Of a stretch of 64,000 nt of DNA, positions 9,954-17,969 are shown piece by piece (the first letter of the stretch is position 1; each line of letters begins with the position of its first letter). This DNA is from a bacterium (GTDB taxonomy: Bacteria > Patescibacteriota > 4484-211 > GCA-002791395). A program made the translations under genes and the position numbers. Under the pieces are notes generated by a model. It did not search any database and was not told where the DNA came from. It saw nothing but the letters and a program-made list of their open reading frames with translations. The stretch covers positions 54,827 to 118,826 of the forward strand of contig JALWZS010000030.1 of NCBI GenBank assembly GCA_027002475.1. The letters are read 5' to 3'.

Positions 9954-10592
9954 CAGTTTGAATGTCTGTCTGCGATTTTTAACTTCAACTACCTTGATGA
10001 CATCAATCTTTTTTAAAAAGTTAGTGAGTTTATATGCCGTTTGCTTTTTTATGTTAAAGGAGTGAATTAAATCATGGTTTGTAAAAAGTGGTGGTAGATC
10101 TTTGGGCAGAAGTTTTGCGTAATCCTTTTTGGATTTGAAGGTATGTTTTGAAACTATTTGTTGTAGCTTTGTGTCGATAATACTTACGCCTTTACGCCGC
10201 CAGCTTCCTTTGTTGTTAGCACTTCTAATTTCTATGACATCGACAAGTAACACTTCTAGCGTCAGGTTTGGCTCTCGAATGAGATGTGGAATATAGACAA
10301 GTTCATCCACAACATTAACAAGCGAACCTGTTTTGGGGGACTGCCTTTTCCGCAGTAGCGTTTCCAGGGAGGCGTCGTAAAGCTCTATTGTCTTTTTCCT
10401 GGGAATTGGGGCAACCAGTGTTATTTTGTGTTTAGTAAGTAGTTCCACTAGCTTAGTTTTTAAGTTTAAAAAACTATGTGTTTGGATTTCAATTAGGCGA
10501 TTTCGCCAAACAACGTCAATTATGAAGTTACCGACTTTGCTCTCAACAAGAGAGCCCTTTTTGGCATAAAGTTGCTTAATTGCAGCATGCAA
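9945..10592 (-). CDS. Putative PD-(D/E)XK nuclease-like protein; true start probably upstream
   Basis: IDV...IEIQT motif; RKRQSPKTG; the open frame extends upstream through IGTLNENSLH. Confidence 0.6.
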   Translation of the reverse strand: MHAAIKQLYAKKGSLVESKVGNFIIDVVWRNRLIEIQTHSFLNLKTKLVELLTKHKITLVAPIPRKKTIELYDASLETLLRKRQSPKTGSLVNVVDELVYIPHLIREPNLTLEVLLVDVIEIRSANNKGSWRRKGVSIIDTKLQQIVSKHTFKSKKDYAKLLPKDLPPLFTNHDLIHSFNIKKQTAYKLTNFLKKIDVIKVVEVKNRRQTFKLLV

Positions 10593-10638
10593 GCTATTTT
10601 CATTAAGTGTTCCGATATGGTTTGTGGGTTGGGGTGAT

Positions 10639-11289
10639 TTATTGTTTTTCAGCTTGATGTAGGAGTTCGTTCACTTTGTTCCAATTAACTGTTTCTATCC
10701 AATTTTTTATATACTCTCCTCTTCTGTTTTGGTATTTAAGGTAATATGCATGTTCCCATACATCTATTCCAAGGATTGGTAGTGAGCCATTTGATATTGG
10801 AGAATCTTGATTTGGCGTTGAATCTACTTCGAGACTTCCTGTTTCGTTAATAAAGAGCCACGCCCATCCGCTGCCAAATCTAGTAAGTGCGCTATTATAA
10901 AGTTCTTGCTTGAAGTTTTCCATGTCTCCAAAAGTCTTGTTAATTATGGCAACTAATTCTTTGGGCATGTCCTTATTTTGCGGTGGGGTCATAATGTACC
11001 AATATAGTGAATGGTTGGCATGTCCGCCTCCGTTATTTCTAATTGCGGTGCGTATGTCTTCAGGTATTGTCGCTAGGTTTGATAAGAGTTCTTGTAGTGT
11101 TTTTTCTTGTAGCTTAGGGTATTGCTCTAGCGCAGAATTAAGCTTGTTAACGTACCCTTGATGATGCTTAGAGTAGTGAAGCTCTATTGTCTTAGCGTCT
11201 ATATAAGGTTCAAGTGCATCATAGCTATAACCAAGCTCAGGAAGTGTGTAAGGATATTTAGTGTCCAGTATCTCAAAGGGGTTATTCAT
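10639..11289 (-). CDS. sodA: Fe/Mn superoxide dismutase
   Basis: HYSKHH, GGGHANH, FGSGW, DVWEHAYY. Confidence 0.95.
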   Translation of the reverse strand: MNNPFEILDTKYPYTLPELGYSYDALEPYIDAKTIELHYSKHHQGYVNKLNSALEQYPKLQEKTLQELLSNLATIPEDIRTAIRNNGGGHANHSLYWYIMTPPQNKDMPKELVAIINKTFGDMENFKQELYNSALTRFGSGWAWLFINETGSLEVDSTPNQDSPISNGSLPILGIDVWEHAYYLKYQNRRGEYIKNWIETVNWNKVNELLHQAEKQ

Positions 11290-11480
11290 TAAAAATATTA
11301 TATAAAAGTATTAAGCTTGCAGCAAACAGCATAAATTCTAAACGAAGGCGCTCAATTCCCTATAAACACTACAGTACACTGGAGTACGGGAGCGGCAAAT
11401 TTTTGCAGTACTATTCGTGCTAAGAATGTTGCGGTGCTTATTGTTTCTGGTAGTACGCGTTGTGATCCGCGAGGGCGGAG

Positions 11481-12209
11481 CTACTTCCGCTGTGCTGTTA
11501 GCAGTAAGATTCCAGAATACCCGCTTCTGATAGGTTTTTTGCTTCTTGGAATACGAACTATGTTGATGTTTTTTGTTAGTCTGCCAAAAATTTGCAATAA
11601 TAATGTTTGGTTTACTGTGATTGTCGGATATCTAACGCCATCAACAAAGTAGTGCGTAGAGTTTTCCATAAACACAGCGACTAAATAGCCATCAGGATGC
11701 ACCAATTCGGTAAATCTCTTACATGCATTCATAAAGACATCGATTTGGTTTGATATGGCTTCGAGACAAAAATGAGATGTGGCAAGCGTATAACGTCTAC
11801 TGGTTGCTGTAAGGATGTTGTGTTTTCGAACTGCTACCGTCTGGAGCTTTTGTGGATATAAGCCTGACCGATAGGCGCGATCGTGCTTCATTAACATTCG
11901 CCAGTACTGTGACCATATGTGCGATGGGCTTACTGTTTGTTCCCTGAGAAACTTTAGATTGCTTTCTGATATATCGGTTAGTGTGATTTTTTTTGCGAAG
12001 GGCAGTAATGTCAGTGCAGGATATAAGTTTGGACCTGTTCCTACATCTATGACTGAATCGATCGGATTGATGCTTTTGTAAAAATCGGCAGTTAGCTGCA
12101 TGATTCGCATATCTTCTTCATGTAATACTCCGTAGTTGTTGGTTAAGTATGTTGTGGTTGGAAAGCCGTTCCACTCTGTAGTTTCGTGCATGATGGGGTT
12201 GTGGCGCAT
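11481..12209 (-). CDS. NNMT/PNMT/TEMT-like class I SAM methyltransferase
   Basis: YL..NY, IDVGTGPNLY, FCLEA, LV.P.G.L; start uncertain (12209 or 12191). Confidence 0.75.
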   Translation of the reverse strand: MRHNPIMHETTEWNGFPTTTYLTNNYGVLHEEDMRIMQLTADFYKSINPIDSVIDVGTGPNLYPALTLLPFAKKITLTDISESNLKFLREQTVSPSHIWSQYWRMLMKHDRAYRSGLYPQKLQTVAVRKHNILTATSRRYTLATSHFCLEAISNQIDVFMNACKRFTELVHPDGYLVAVFMENSTHYFVDGVRYPTITVNQTLLLQIFGRLTKNINIVRIPRSKKPIRSGYSGILLLTAQRK

Positions 12210-12257
12210 GCTGTGCGTATTTAACGGTCTATTGGGTTTATAGTAAAATTGTTGTTC

Positions 12258-13043
12258 ATGGGGGTGAACAATGAGCACGTGGTGGCGACGCTTAAAAAGG
12301 TGGGGTTAAATGAAAAAGAGATTAGTGTTTATTTGAGTCTATTCAATCTTGGCAAATCCACGCCACATATGATATCGCAAGACACGGGCATTAATCGGAC
12401 GACCGTATACCGACAACTAGAAGGTTTAGAGAAGTTAGGCCTTGTTGTTCGCATTCTTGACCAAAATAAAACTTGGTTTGAGGTTACAGATGCGTCTTCA
12501 GTGGAGCGATTGGCTAAACAAAGGTTAATAGAAGCAGAGTCTTTACAATCTGAACTGGGCCAAATCGTCGAGTTCCTACAACAAAGCGATAAGCTAATAG
12601 CGTCTTCGACGACCGTAAAGTATTTTCGAGGCAAGGAAGGATTAAGACAACTTCTTTGGAATACACTTAAGGCAGGGGTGAGGAATGAGGTTGTAGGGTT
12701 AGGGTATCGTACTTGGAATGAAGATGTTGGGGAAAAGTTTGCAGAAAATTTGAGAAAAGAATATATAGCGCGCAAGGTATATTCGAGAGAGATATTAAAT
12801 CGGTTACCACCAATAAAAGAGTTTACGAAGCATAAGCTTTATGGGGAAAAACATTATAAGGCGGCATTAATTGACGAAACAGTTCTTAAAATCAGATACG
12901 ACACTTATATCTACAATGATGTCTTCGCTTTTTACTATGTTCGAAATAATGAACTATTTGGAGTTGAAATTCACAATAAAGAAATCACCGGTTCCCAAAA
13001 ACAAATCTTTGAGATTCTTTGGAATATGGCTAAAAAACTATGA
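12258..13043 (+). CDS. TrmB-family transcriptional regulator
   Basis: GL..KE..VY..L, RTTVYR.L..L...GLV HTH; Y.G..G and IYN....F C-terminal domain. Confidence 0.85.
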   Translation: MGVNNEHVVATLKKVGLNEKEISVYLSLFNLGKSTPHMISQDTGINRTTVYRQLEGLEKLGLVVRILDQNKTWFEVTDASSVERLAKQRLIEAESLQSELGQIVEFLQQSDKLIASSTTVKYFRGKEGLRQLLWNTLKAGVRNEVVGLGYRTWNEDVGEKFAENLRKEYIARKVYSREILNRLPPIKEFTKHKLYGEKHYKAALIDETVLKIRYDTYIYNDVFAFYYVRNNELFGVEIHNKEITGSQKQIFEILWNMAKKL

Positions 13044-13063
13044 CGTTTAGGCTATCAGAAAGC

Positions 13064-14068
13064 TCAATGGTTTCGTTTATGCTTATTAAATTCCTGAATG
13101 GTTTCTTTTAGCATATTCATTTGATCTTCAGTGCTAATTGAAAACCTTACAAAGGATTTATCTAATCCGATATTGGCATTACCATTCCCTTGATTAAAGA
13201 TAAAATTGTGTGATTTAACGAAATTTGCAAATAAAGTTCCTTCTTCTTCTGAACTGAATTTTAGTAGTACGGCATTTATTCTGGATGGTAAATGGGGTAG
13301 ATTATTCTCGTCGAGAAACTTTTCGAAAGACTTTCTTCTTTCCTGAATTCCTTTGCGCATATTTTTAAAATAGTCTTCGTGATTTAGTGCGCTAATTGCT
13401 GCTCTGATTGATAAATAGGATACATTAGCCCACTGCGTTTGCGGCTTTACTTTGTCTACTACGTCAGGGTGTGCAATGAAGTACCCAATCCTATTTCCAG
13501 CCATACCATAGTCTTTGGAAAAGCTTCTGAATATCACGAGGTTTTCATAGTATTTAACTTGGTCGATCACAGAGAGTTCGGGAGCAAACTCTCCATAAGC
13601 CTCATCAACACAAACAATCGCGTGTTTGTTGTTTTTAATTAGCTCAATAACTTTATCTTTTGGAGTGATTCCAGAAGGGTTGTTGGGATTGGCCAGGAAA
13701 ATCAAAGTTGCGTCATGAATCGTGTCGGTTGTTATTGTATATTTTCCATCTGTAATAGATGGTATTTGAGTCAGTTGTCCACCAAATAGTTCGGCGTCTG
13801 CATAGACAAGATACGTAGGCGTAAATATATGCGTGGTTGCCCCAAAAGATCTTGCAAACATTTGAATGGCTTCATCGATTCCTGCTGTGAGGAAAATCAT
13901 TTCTTCAGATAAACCGTGTTTTTTAGCTAATTTAGAAATTAACTCTTTTGGCTGCGAGTGATAAACATTTGCGTGTAAGCAGTAGTCTTCTAACTCTTGA
14001 TAAATGAAATCTGGGAGCGGATCTTTTATGGTAGTGTATTGCAAGTTGACTGGCTGTTTAGTAGTCAT
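13064..14068 (-). CDS. PLP-dependent aminotransferase, HisC-like
   Basis: NPNNPSG, DEAY, RSFSKDYGMAG.RIGY. Confidence 0.85.
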   Translation of the reverse strand: MTTKQPVNLQYTTIKDPLPDFIYQELEDYCLHANVYHSQPKELISKLAKKHGLSEEMIFLTAGIDEAIQMFARSFGATTHIFTPTYLVYADAELFGGQLTQIPSITDGKYTITTDTIHDATLIFLANPNNPSGITPKDKVIELIKNNKHAIVCVDEAYGEFAPELSVIDQVKYYENLVIFRSFSKDYGMAGNRIGYFIAHPDVVDKVKPQTQWANVSYLSIRAAISALNHEDYFKNMRKGIQERRKSFEKFLDENNLPHLPSRINAVLLKFSSEEEGTLFANFVKSHNFIFNQGNGNANIGLDKSFVRFSISTEDQMNMLKETIQEFNKHKRNH

Positions 14069-14081
14069 TTTGTTTGTGTAG

Positions 14082-15569
14082 TCATGTATCCCATGATACT
14101 CTACCTAATCGATCCTTCTTTTGCAGTATGAAGGCGACTTCTGTGTAGGAGTCTTCTCCTATAAAAGCATCATAGTGTTTTACATCTAGTACCTTAAGTC
14201 CCGCAAGGTGGCAATAGTGCTCAAATTCTTCTAGTTGTGGGAAATATCGACGATTACCTTGTTTTTCTGGTGAGTAAGGTTTATCTGTTGGACTCGCTTT
14301 AGCTGTAACTATTCCTGGTAAATCCTCGGGGTGGGTTTCTGTGTGTTTGATTATTAATTCCGGATATGGGCCAGTAGTGGGGTCTGGTATCTCAACAATT
14401 ACAACTCCGTCTTTTTTGACTAGGGAGCTTAATCTATTAAGCATTGTTACCATTTTGTGTGGGGAACCGGTAAAGTTAATGAAATTCCATGGGGCAACTA
14501 TTAAATCGGGCGTATCTTCGTAAATTGCTTCAAATGAATACGGTGTAAGTGTTTCTAACTGCGATTCAAGTGCGTGTATGAAATCACCTGCAAGTAGTTC
14601 GCGTTGTATGTCTTTGGGCAATTGAGTAAAATGAGGCACCTCTTGCAGTCGTTTTTTAAGTCTATGGCGGATATCATCTATTTGCTCGGGGGGCAGTACT
14701 TGCTGTAGCAGGGTATATAAGGGATCATTATTTGTGGCGCCTTCATTAGTTAATGCTTGTGCAAGTGTTAGCATACGCTCTTTTGTTTTGACAAGCCTTG
14801 AAGCGTTAATGTCGGTACCCACGACTGTATGCCCGAGGAGTGCTAGCGGAATAGCTATTCTCCCTTCTCCTGTACCAGCCTCTAGTATTGTTAAGTCTTG
14901 CTCTGGGAGTAAGTCTTGAATAGTTTCTAAAATAATGCGTAAGGTTTCTGCTGTGTTTGTGCGCTTTTTCTCAAGGCTTAGTAGATCTATCGTTTCTTGG
15001 ACTTGAAGCATACGCCTTGTTGTAGGTACTGTATCGTCGCTGTATAAACTTTTTGAGACGGCGATTAGCTTGAATACGTCTTCTGGGGTGCTTTCTAGAG
15101 TGTCTGGTGTTACGTGTAGTTCGTTAGGGGAGTGAGGTATTGTTATGTCTTCGTGACTGACTGCGATTATGGTGGGTACAGGGCTGTGCTTAAGTGATTG
15201 TGCTGCCTGTAGGAGTGTTTCTTCTGTAATTTCTGGGAAGGCTTGTTGGATAGTTTTTAAGTTTAGATCCAAGTGGGGTAAGGTTTCTAGAAAACCTGTC
15301 AGTTCATGTATTTCTGGCAGGGGGATATCGGTTGTGTCGATTACTATGTAGTGCAGGGGAGTGCCTGTACTTAGTATTTCAATTACTTTATAAAAGATAT
15401 CTTTGTAACTATCGGCGGCAAAATGTTCGCCGTTCATTTGGGAAGAATTTTCGGAGAGGTTAACAAGTAGAGTGTTTAATTTAAATGTTTTGAGGAGTTC
15501 TTGACGTTTAATTTCTAGTAGATTGGGAGTTCTAAGTTCTTTTGCTCCTTGCATTCTTTGTCGGGTCAT
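14082..15569 (-). CDS. Class I SAM methyltransferase with uncharacterised N-terminal domain (paralogue A)
   Basis: ILEAGTGEGRIAIPLA...VVGTD motif I/II. Confidence 0.7.
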   Translation of the reverse strand: MTRQRMQGAKELRTPNLLEIKRQELLKTFKLNTLLVNLSENSSQMNGEHFAADSYKDIFYKVIEILSTGTPLHYIVIDTTDIPLPEIHELTGFLETLPHLDLNLKTIQQAFPEITEETLLQAAQSLKHSPVPTIIAVSHEDITIPHSPNELHVTPDTLESTPEDVFKLIAVSKSLYSDDTVPTTRRMLQVQETIDLLSLEKKRTNTAETLRIILETIQDLLPEQDLTILEAGTGEGRIAIPLALLGHTVVGTDINASRLVKTKERMLTLAQALTNEGATNNDPLYTLLQQVLPPEQIDDIRHRLKKRLQEVPHFTQLPKDIQRELLAGDFIHALESQLETLTPYSFEAIYEDTPDLIVAPWNFINFTGSPHKMVTMLNRLSSLVKKDGVVIVEIPDPTTGPYPELIIKHTETHPEDLPGIVTAKASPTDKPYSPEKQGNRRYFPQLEEFEHYCHLAGLKVLDVKHYDAFIGEDSYTEVAFILQKKDRLGRVSWDT

Positions 15570-15593
15570 ATCTAAATTATGCAGAGTTTACGC

Positions 15594-15632
15594 AAAAAAG
15601 AAAGCCCCGACCGCATGAGAGCGGTCGGGGCT
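15594..15632 (-). terminator. Intrinsic terminator after 15638..16231
   Basis: GCCCCGACCGC-TCTCAT-GCGGTCGGGGC then TTTCTTTTTT on the minus strand. Confidence 0.9.
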
Positions 15633-15637
15633 CGAAT

Positions 15638-16231
15638 TTATTCTTTGGTCTTGCGGCTTTTGTCGATTAGCGGCCGCAAGCCCTTTTCATCCCCTTTCTG
15701 AAGAGCCTGCTCGAGCTCTTCAGAAAGGGAACAGGGCTCGATCTCTCCTTCGGCGATGAAGGCGTGCTTGGCCCAAAAGGCCAGCGCCTCCTTTCGCTCA
15801 GAAGAAGAGATCCTAGTACTCCAAAGTTTGGAGTCCCCTGGCTCTCGCGGAGCCAGGTTAGCGCCAGGAAATAGGGTGAACAAAATCAAATCACCCTGTT
15901 TGCCCCAGCGCCCGAAAAGCACCACCCCGTGGTTGGGGTGGCGCTCATATCCCCTGACGAAGCGGCTGGGGGTGAACCGCCCGGGGCGGTAACCCCAGAA
16001 CACCTCGTCAGAGGCTTTTGTGGGAGTCACCCCTGTGAGCCCAAAGGACTCGTCAGGGAAAAAGACCCCCTCGAACCGCCCCACCCGTTCTTCGGGCGGG
16101 ACAGTTTTTGCGATTTCGGACTCCAGTCGCTCAACCAACTGAGCGACGAAGTCCGAAAATGACATCCCCTCGGGCACGATGAAGTCGCCCTCATGTGCCC
16201 GAAGGTGCTGCATATTGTAAAAAATTTTCAC
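15638..16231 (-). CDS. Conserved hypothetical protein (R.GR...SRFV / APREP.D / FW..HA motifs)
   Basis: 197 aa; GTG start 5 nt after AAGGAGG; own terminator. Confidence 0.75.
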   Translation of the reverse strand: MKIFYNMQHLRAHEGDFIVPEGMSFSDFVAQLVERLESEIAKTVPPEERVGRFEGVFFPDESFGLTGVTPTKASDEVFWGYRPGRFTPSRFVRGYERHPNHGVVLFGRWGKQGDLILFTLFPGANLAPREPGDSKLWSTRISSSERKEALAFWAKHAFIAEGEIEPCSLSEELEQALQKGDEKGLRPLIDKSRKTKE

Positions 16232-16269
16232 TTTGCCCTCCTTTGGGGGATTGGTGTAGGGTTTTCAAC

Positions 16270-16302
16270 AAAAAAACCCGACTGCGCGTGTGCACAGCCG
16301 GG
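16270..16302 (-). terminator. Intrinsic terminator after 16320..16940
   Basis: CCCGGCTGTGC-ACAC-GCGCAGTCGGG then T7 on the minus strand. Confidence 0.85.
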
Positions 16303-16319
16303 GGCAAGAAATGGCGTGT

Positions 16320-16940
16320 TTATTGCTTGTTCAGCGCGTTGAGAGCGCGGATAAATTCTTCACGCTCTTTGCTGGGATGCTCCTTCTGCAGGAGCTCCAG
16401 CGCCTTTTCGACGCTCACCTCCTTCTGGGCCCCACTGCTCCAAGCCCCCACATATATTGCTGCTGAATATGTGTGGGTGTTCAGGAAGACCTTTCCTTTT
16501 TCGTCGATTTCAAGGAAGAAAGTCTCCCTCAAGGATGTATACCAAAAACAACGATAATACTCGTAACGAATTATGGTGACCCTTTCCCCATCAGTTATGT
16601 GCGGGGCCACCAGTTCTTCGAAGCTGGGAATCTCGCTGTCCTCGAGTTCCCCGAGGTCAACTATACTAACCTCGAGATCTTCTTGCTCGAGGAGTCTTTT
16701 CAAGCCCTCGACCCCTTCTGTGCCGAGGGCACTCGCCCACTCTGCATACCGAGCGTAATCTGGGTCGTCGCTCGGTGTGGTGACAGTGGGCTCCTCAGCT
16801 ACGGCGTCGTCATTCCATATGTCTTCGAAATGGCTGACGACACGCTTTTTCCCTAGGAAGATGTGAGTGCAAAACACATCTTCCTCGATTGGCCCTCGGG
16901 CCGCTTTTTCTTTACTCATGCTTTCCAGTTTTATTTTCAT
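16320..16940 (-). CDS. Acidic hypothetical protein (206 aa)
   Basis: ATG at 16940, 6 nt after AAGGAGG; the upstream ORF extension is promoter DNA. Confidence 0.75.
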   Translation of the reverse strand: MKIKLESMSKEKAARGPIEEDVFCTHIFLGKKRVVSHFEDIWNDDAVAEEPTVTTPSDDPDYARYAEWASALGTEGVEGLKRLLEQEDLEVSIVDLGELEDSEIPSFEELVAPHITDGERVTIIRYEYYRCFWYTSLRETFFLEIDEKGKVFLNTHTYSAAIYVGAWSSGAQKEVSVEKALELLQKEHPSKEREEFIRALNALNKQ

Positions 16941-17028
16941 CTTTGCCCTCCTTTTGGGCTGGTTGTGGGGGTATGCTACTTCCCCCGAAAGAAAAAATTG
17001 ATTGTTAAAGTTCTCGAGAGATGCCTGT

Positions 17029-17057
17029 ATTATACTATGGGGTGCATCACATGTCAA
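17029..17057 (-). promoter_or_regulatory. Perfect sigma70 promoter TTGACA-N17-TATAAT
   Basis: -35 at 17052-17057, -10 at 17029-17034 on the minus strand. Confidence 0.85.
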
Positions 17058-17123
17058 GTGGTAACTAGCGGATGCTGGTTTGTGTATAATACTGTAGTGG
17101 TCGGACATACCTTGTATGTGGCT

Positions 17124-17155
17124 CATATTTGTCAAGTGCATACTTGACAAATATG
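17124..17155. promoter_or_regulatory. 14-bp-arm palindrome covering the trmB -35 box; candidate operator
   Basis: CATATTTGTCAAGT-gcat-ACTTGACAAATATG; TTGACA followed 16 nt later by TATACT. Confidence 0.65.
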
Positions 17156-17180
17156 CTTGCGCATGTATACTATAAGTAGT

Positions 17181-17969
17181 ATGGCAGAAATCGCAGAGAT
17201 TCTTACTAGTGCAGGCCTCAGTGATGGCGAATCCCAAGTTTACTTAAAGCTTCTTGAAACAGGTCGTACAAGTGCATCGACACTTGCAAGAGAAATGTCT
17301 ATGGCTAGAGGAGTGGTTTACTTCATCTTGGAACAACTTGAAAAGAAAGGATTGGTTGTTAGATTACCAAACGGCAAGCGATTCTTATACCAAGCCAAAC
17401 ATCCGAGCGAACTCTTGGCGCTAATAGATAGAAAAAAGCATGAACTAGAATCAAGTAAAGCTTCTATTGGCTCAATTATCCCAATGCTAAGTGAAATGTA
17501 CTCATCAACATCGGTTAAACCTGTCGTAAGTTACTTTGGTGGAGTTGAGGGAGTAAAGAAGGTTTATTTAGACACTCTTAAGGTTGGTGAAACGATATAT
17601 GCTGCGATGCATAGCGGTAGGGTGAATATGGACGTTCATAAGTGGGTGCGTGAAAAGTACGTTCCAGAGAGAGTAAACCGTGGAATAAAAGCTAAGGTCA
17701 TAATGTCTGCGAACGAACGCGTAGAGATTTTTAAGAAGGAAAACAAAGAAAAACTGCGTGAGATGATCGTTGTTGATAGCGATATATTCCATGTGAAAAT
17801 GGAAGTTAATATCTATGGTAACAAAGTTGGGTTCATATCTTCGCATGCAGATGCTGACTTATTCGGAGTTATCATTGATAGTCCATTTGTTGCTCAAAGT
17901 ATGTTGGCGCTTTGGAAGTTAGCTTGGATTGGTGCAGGTGGCTCACTGCCTCGTAGCGATGATAAATAA
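17181..17969 (+). CDS. TrmB-family transcriptional regulator (paralogue 2)
   Basis: GLS..E..VY..LL, R..VY..L..L..KGLV; YFGG.EG; IYGNKV. Confidence 0.85.
   Translation: MAEIAEILTSAGLSDGESQVYLKLLETGRTSASTLAREMSMARGVVYFILEQLEKKGLVVRLPNGKRFLYQAKHPSELLALIDRKKHELESSKASIGSIIPMLSEMYSSTSVKPVVSYFGGVEGVKKVYLDTLKVGETIYAAMHSGRVNMDVHKWVREKYVPERVNRGIKAKVIMSANERVEIFKKENKEKLREMIVVDSDIFHVKMEVNIYGNKVGFISSHADADLFGVIIDSPFVAQSMLALWKLAWIGAGGSLPRSDDK

Noticed and set aside
15594-16940. Integron attC cassettes
   Set aside because: The hairpins look like intrinsic terminators, lack RYYYAAC/GTTRRRY ends, and no integrase is present
16941-17237. 99-codon N-terminal extension of the 305-aa ORF
   Set aside because: Covers promoters and overlaps trmB; a strong SD supports ATG 16940
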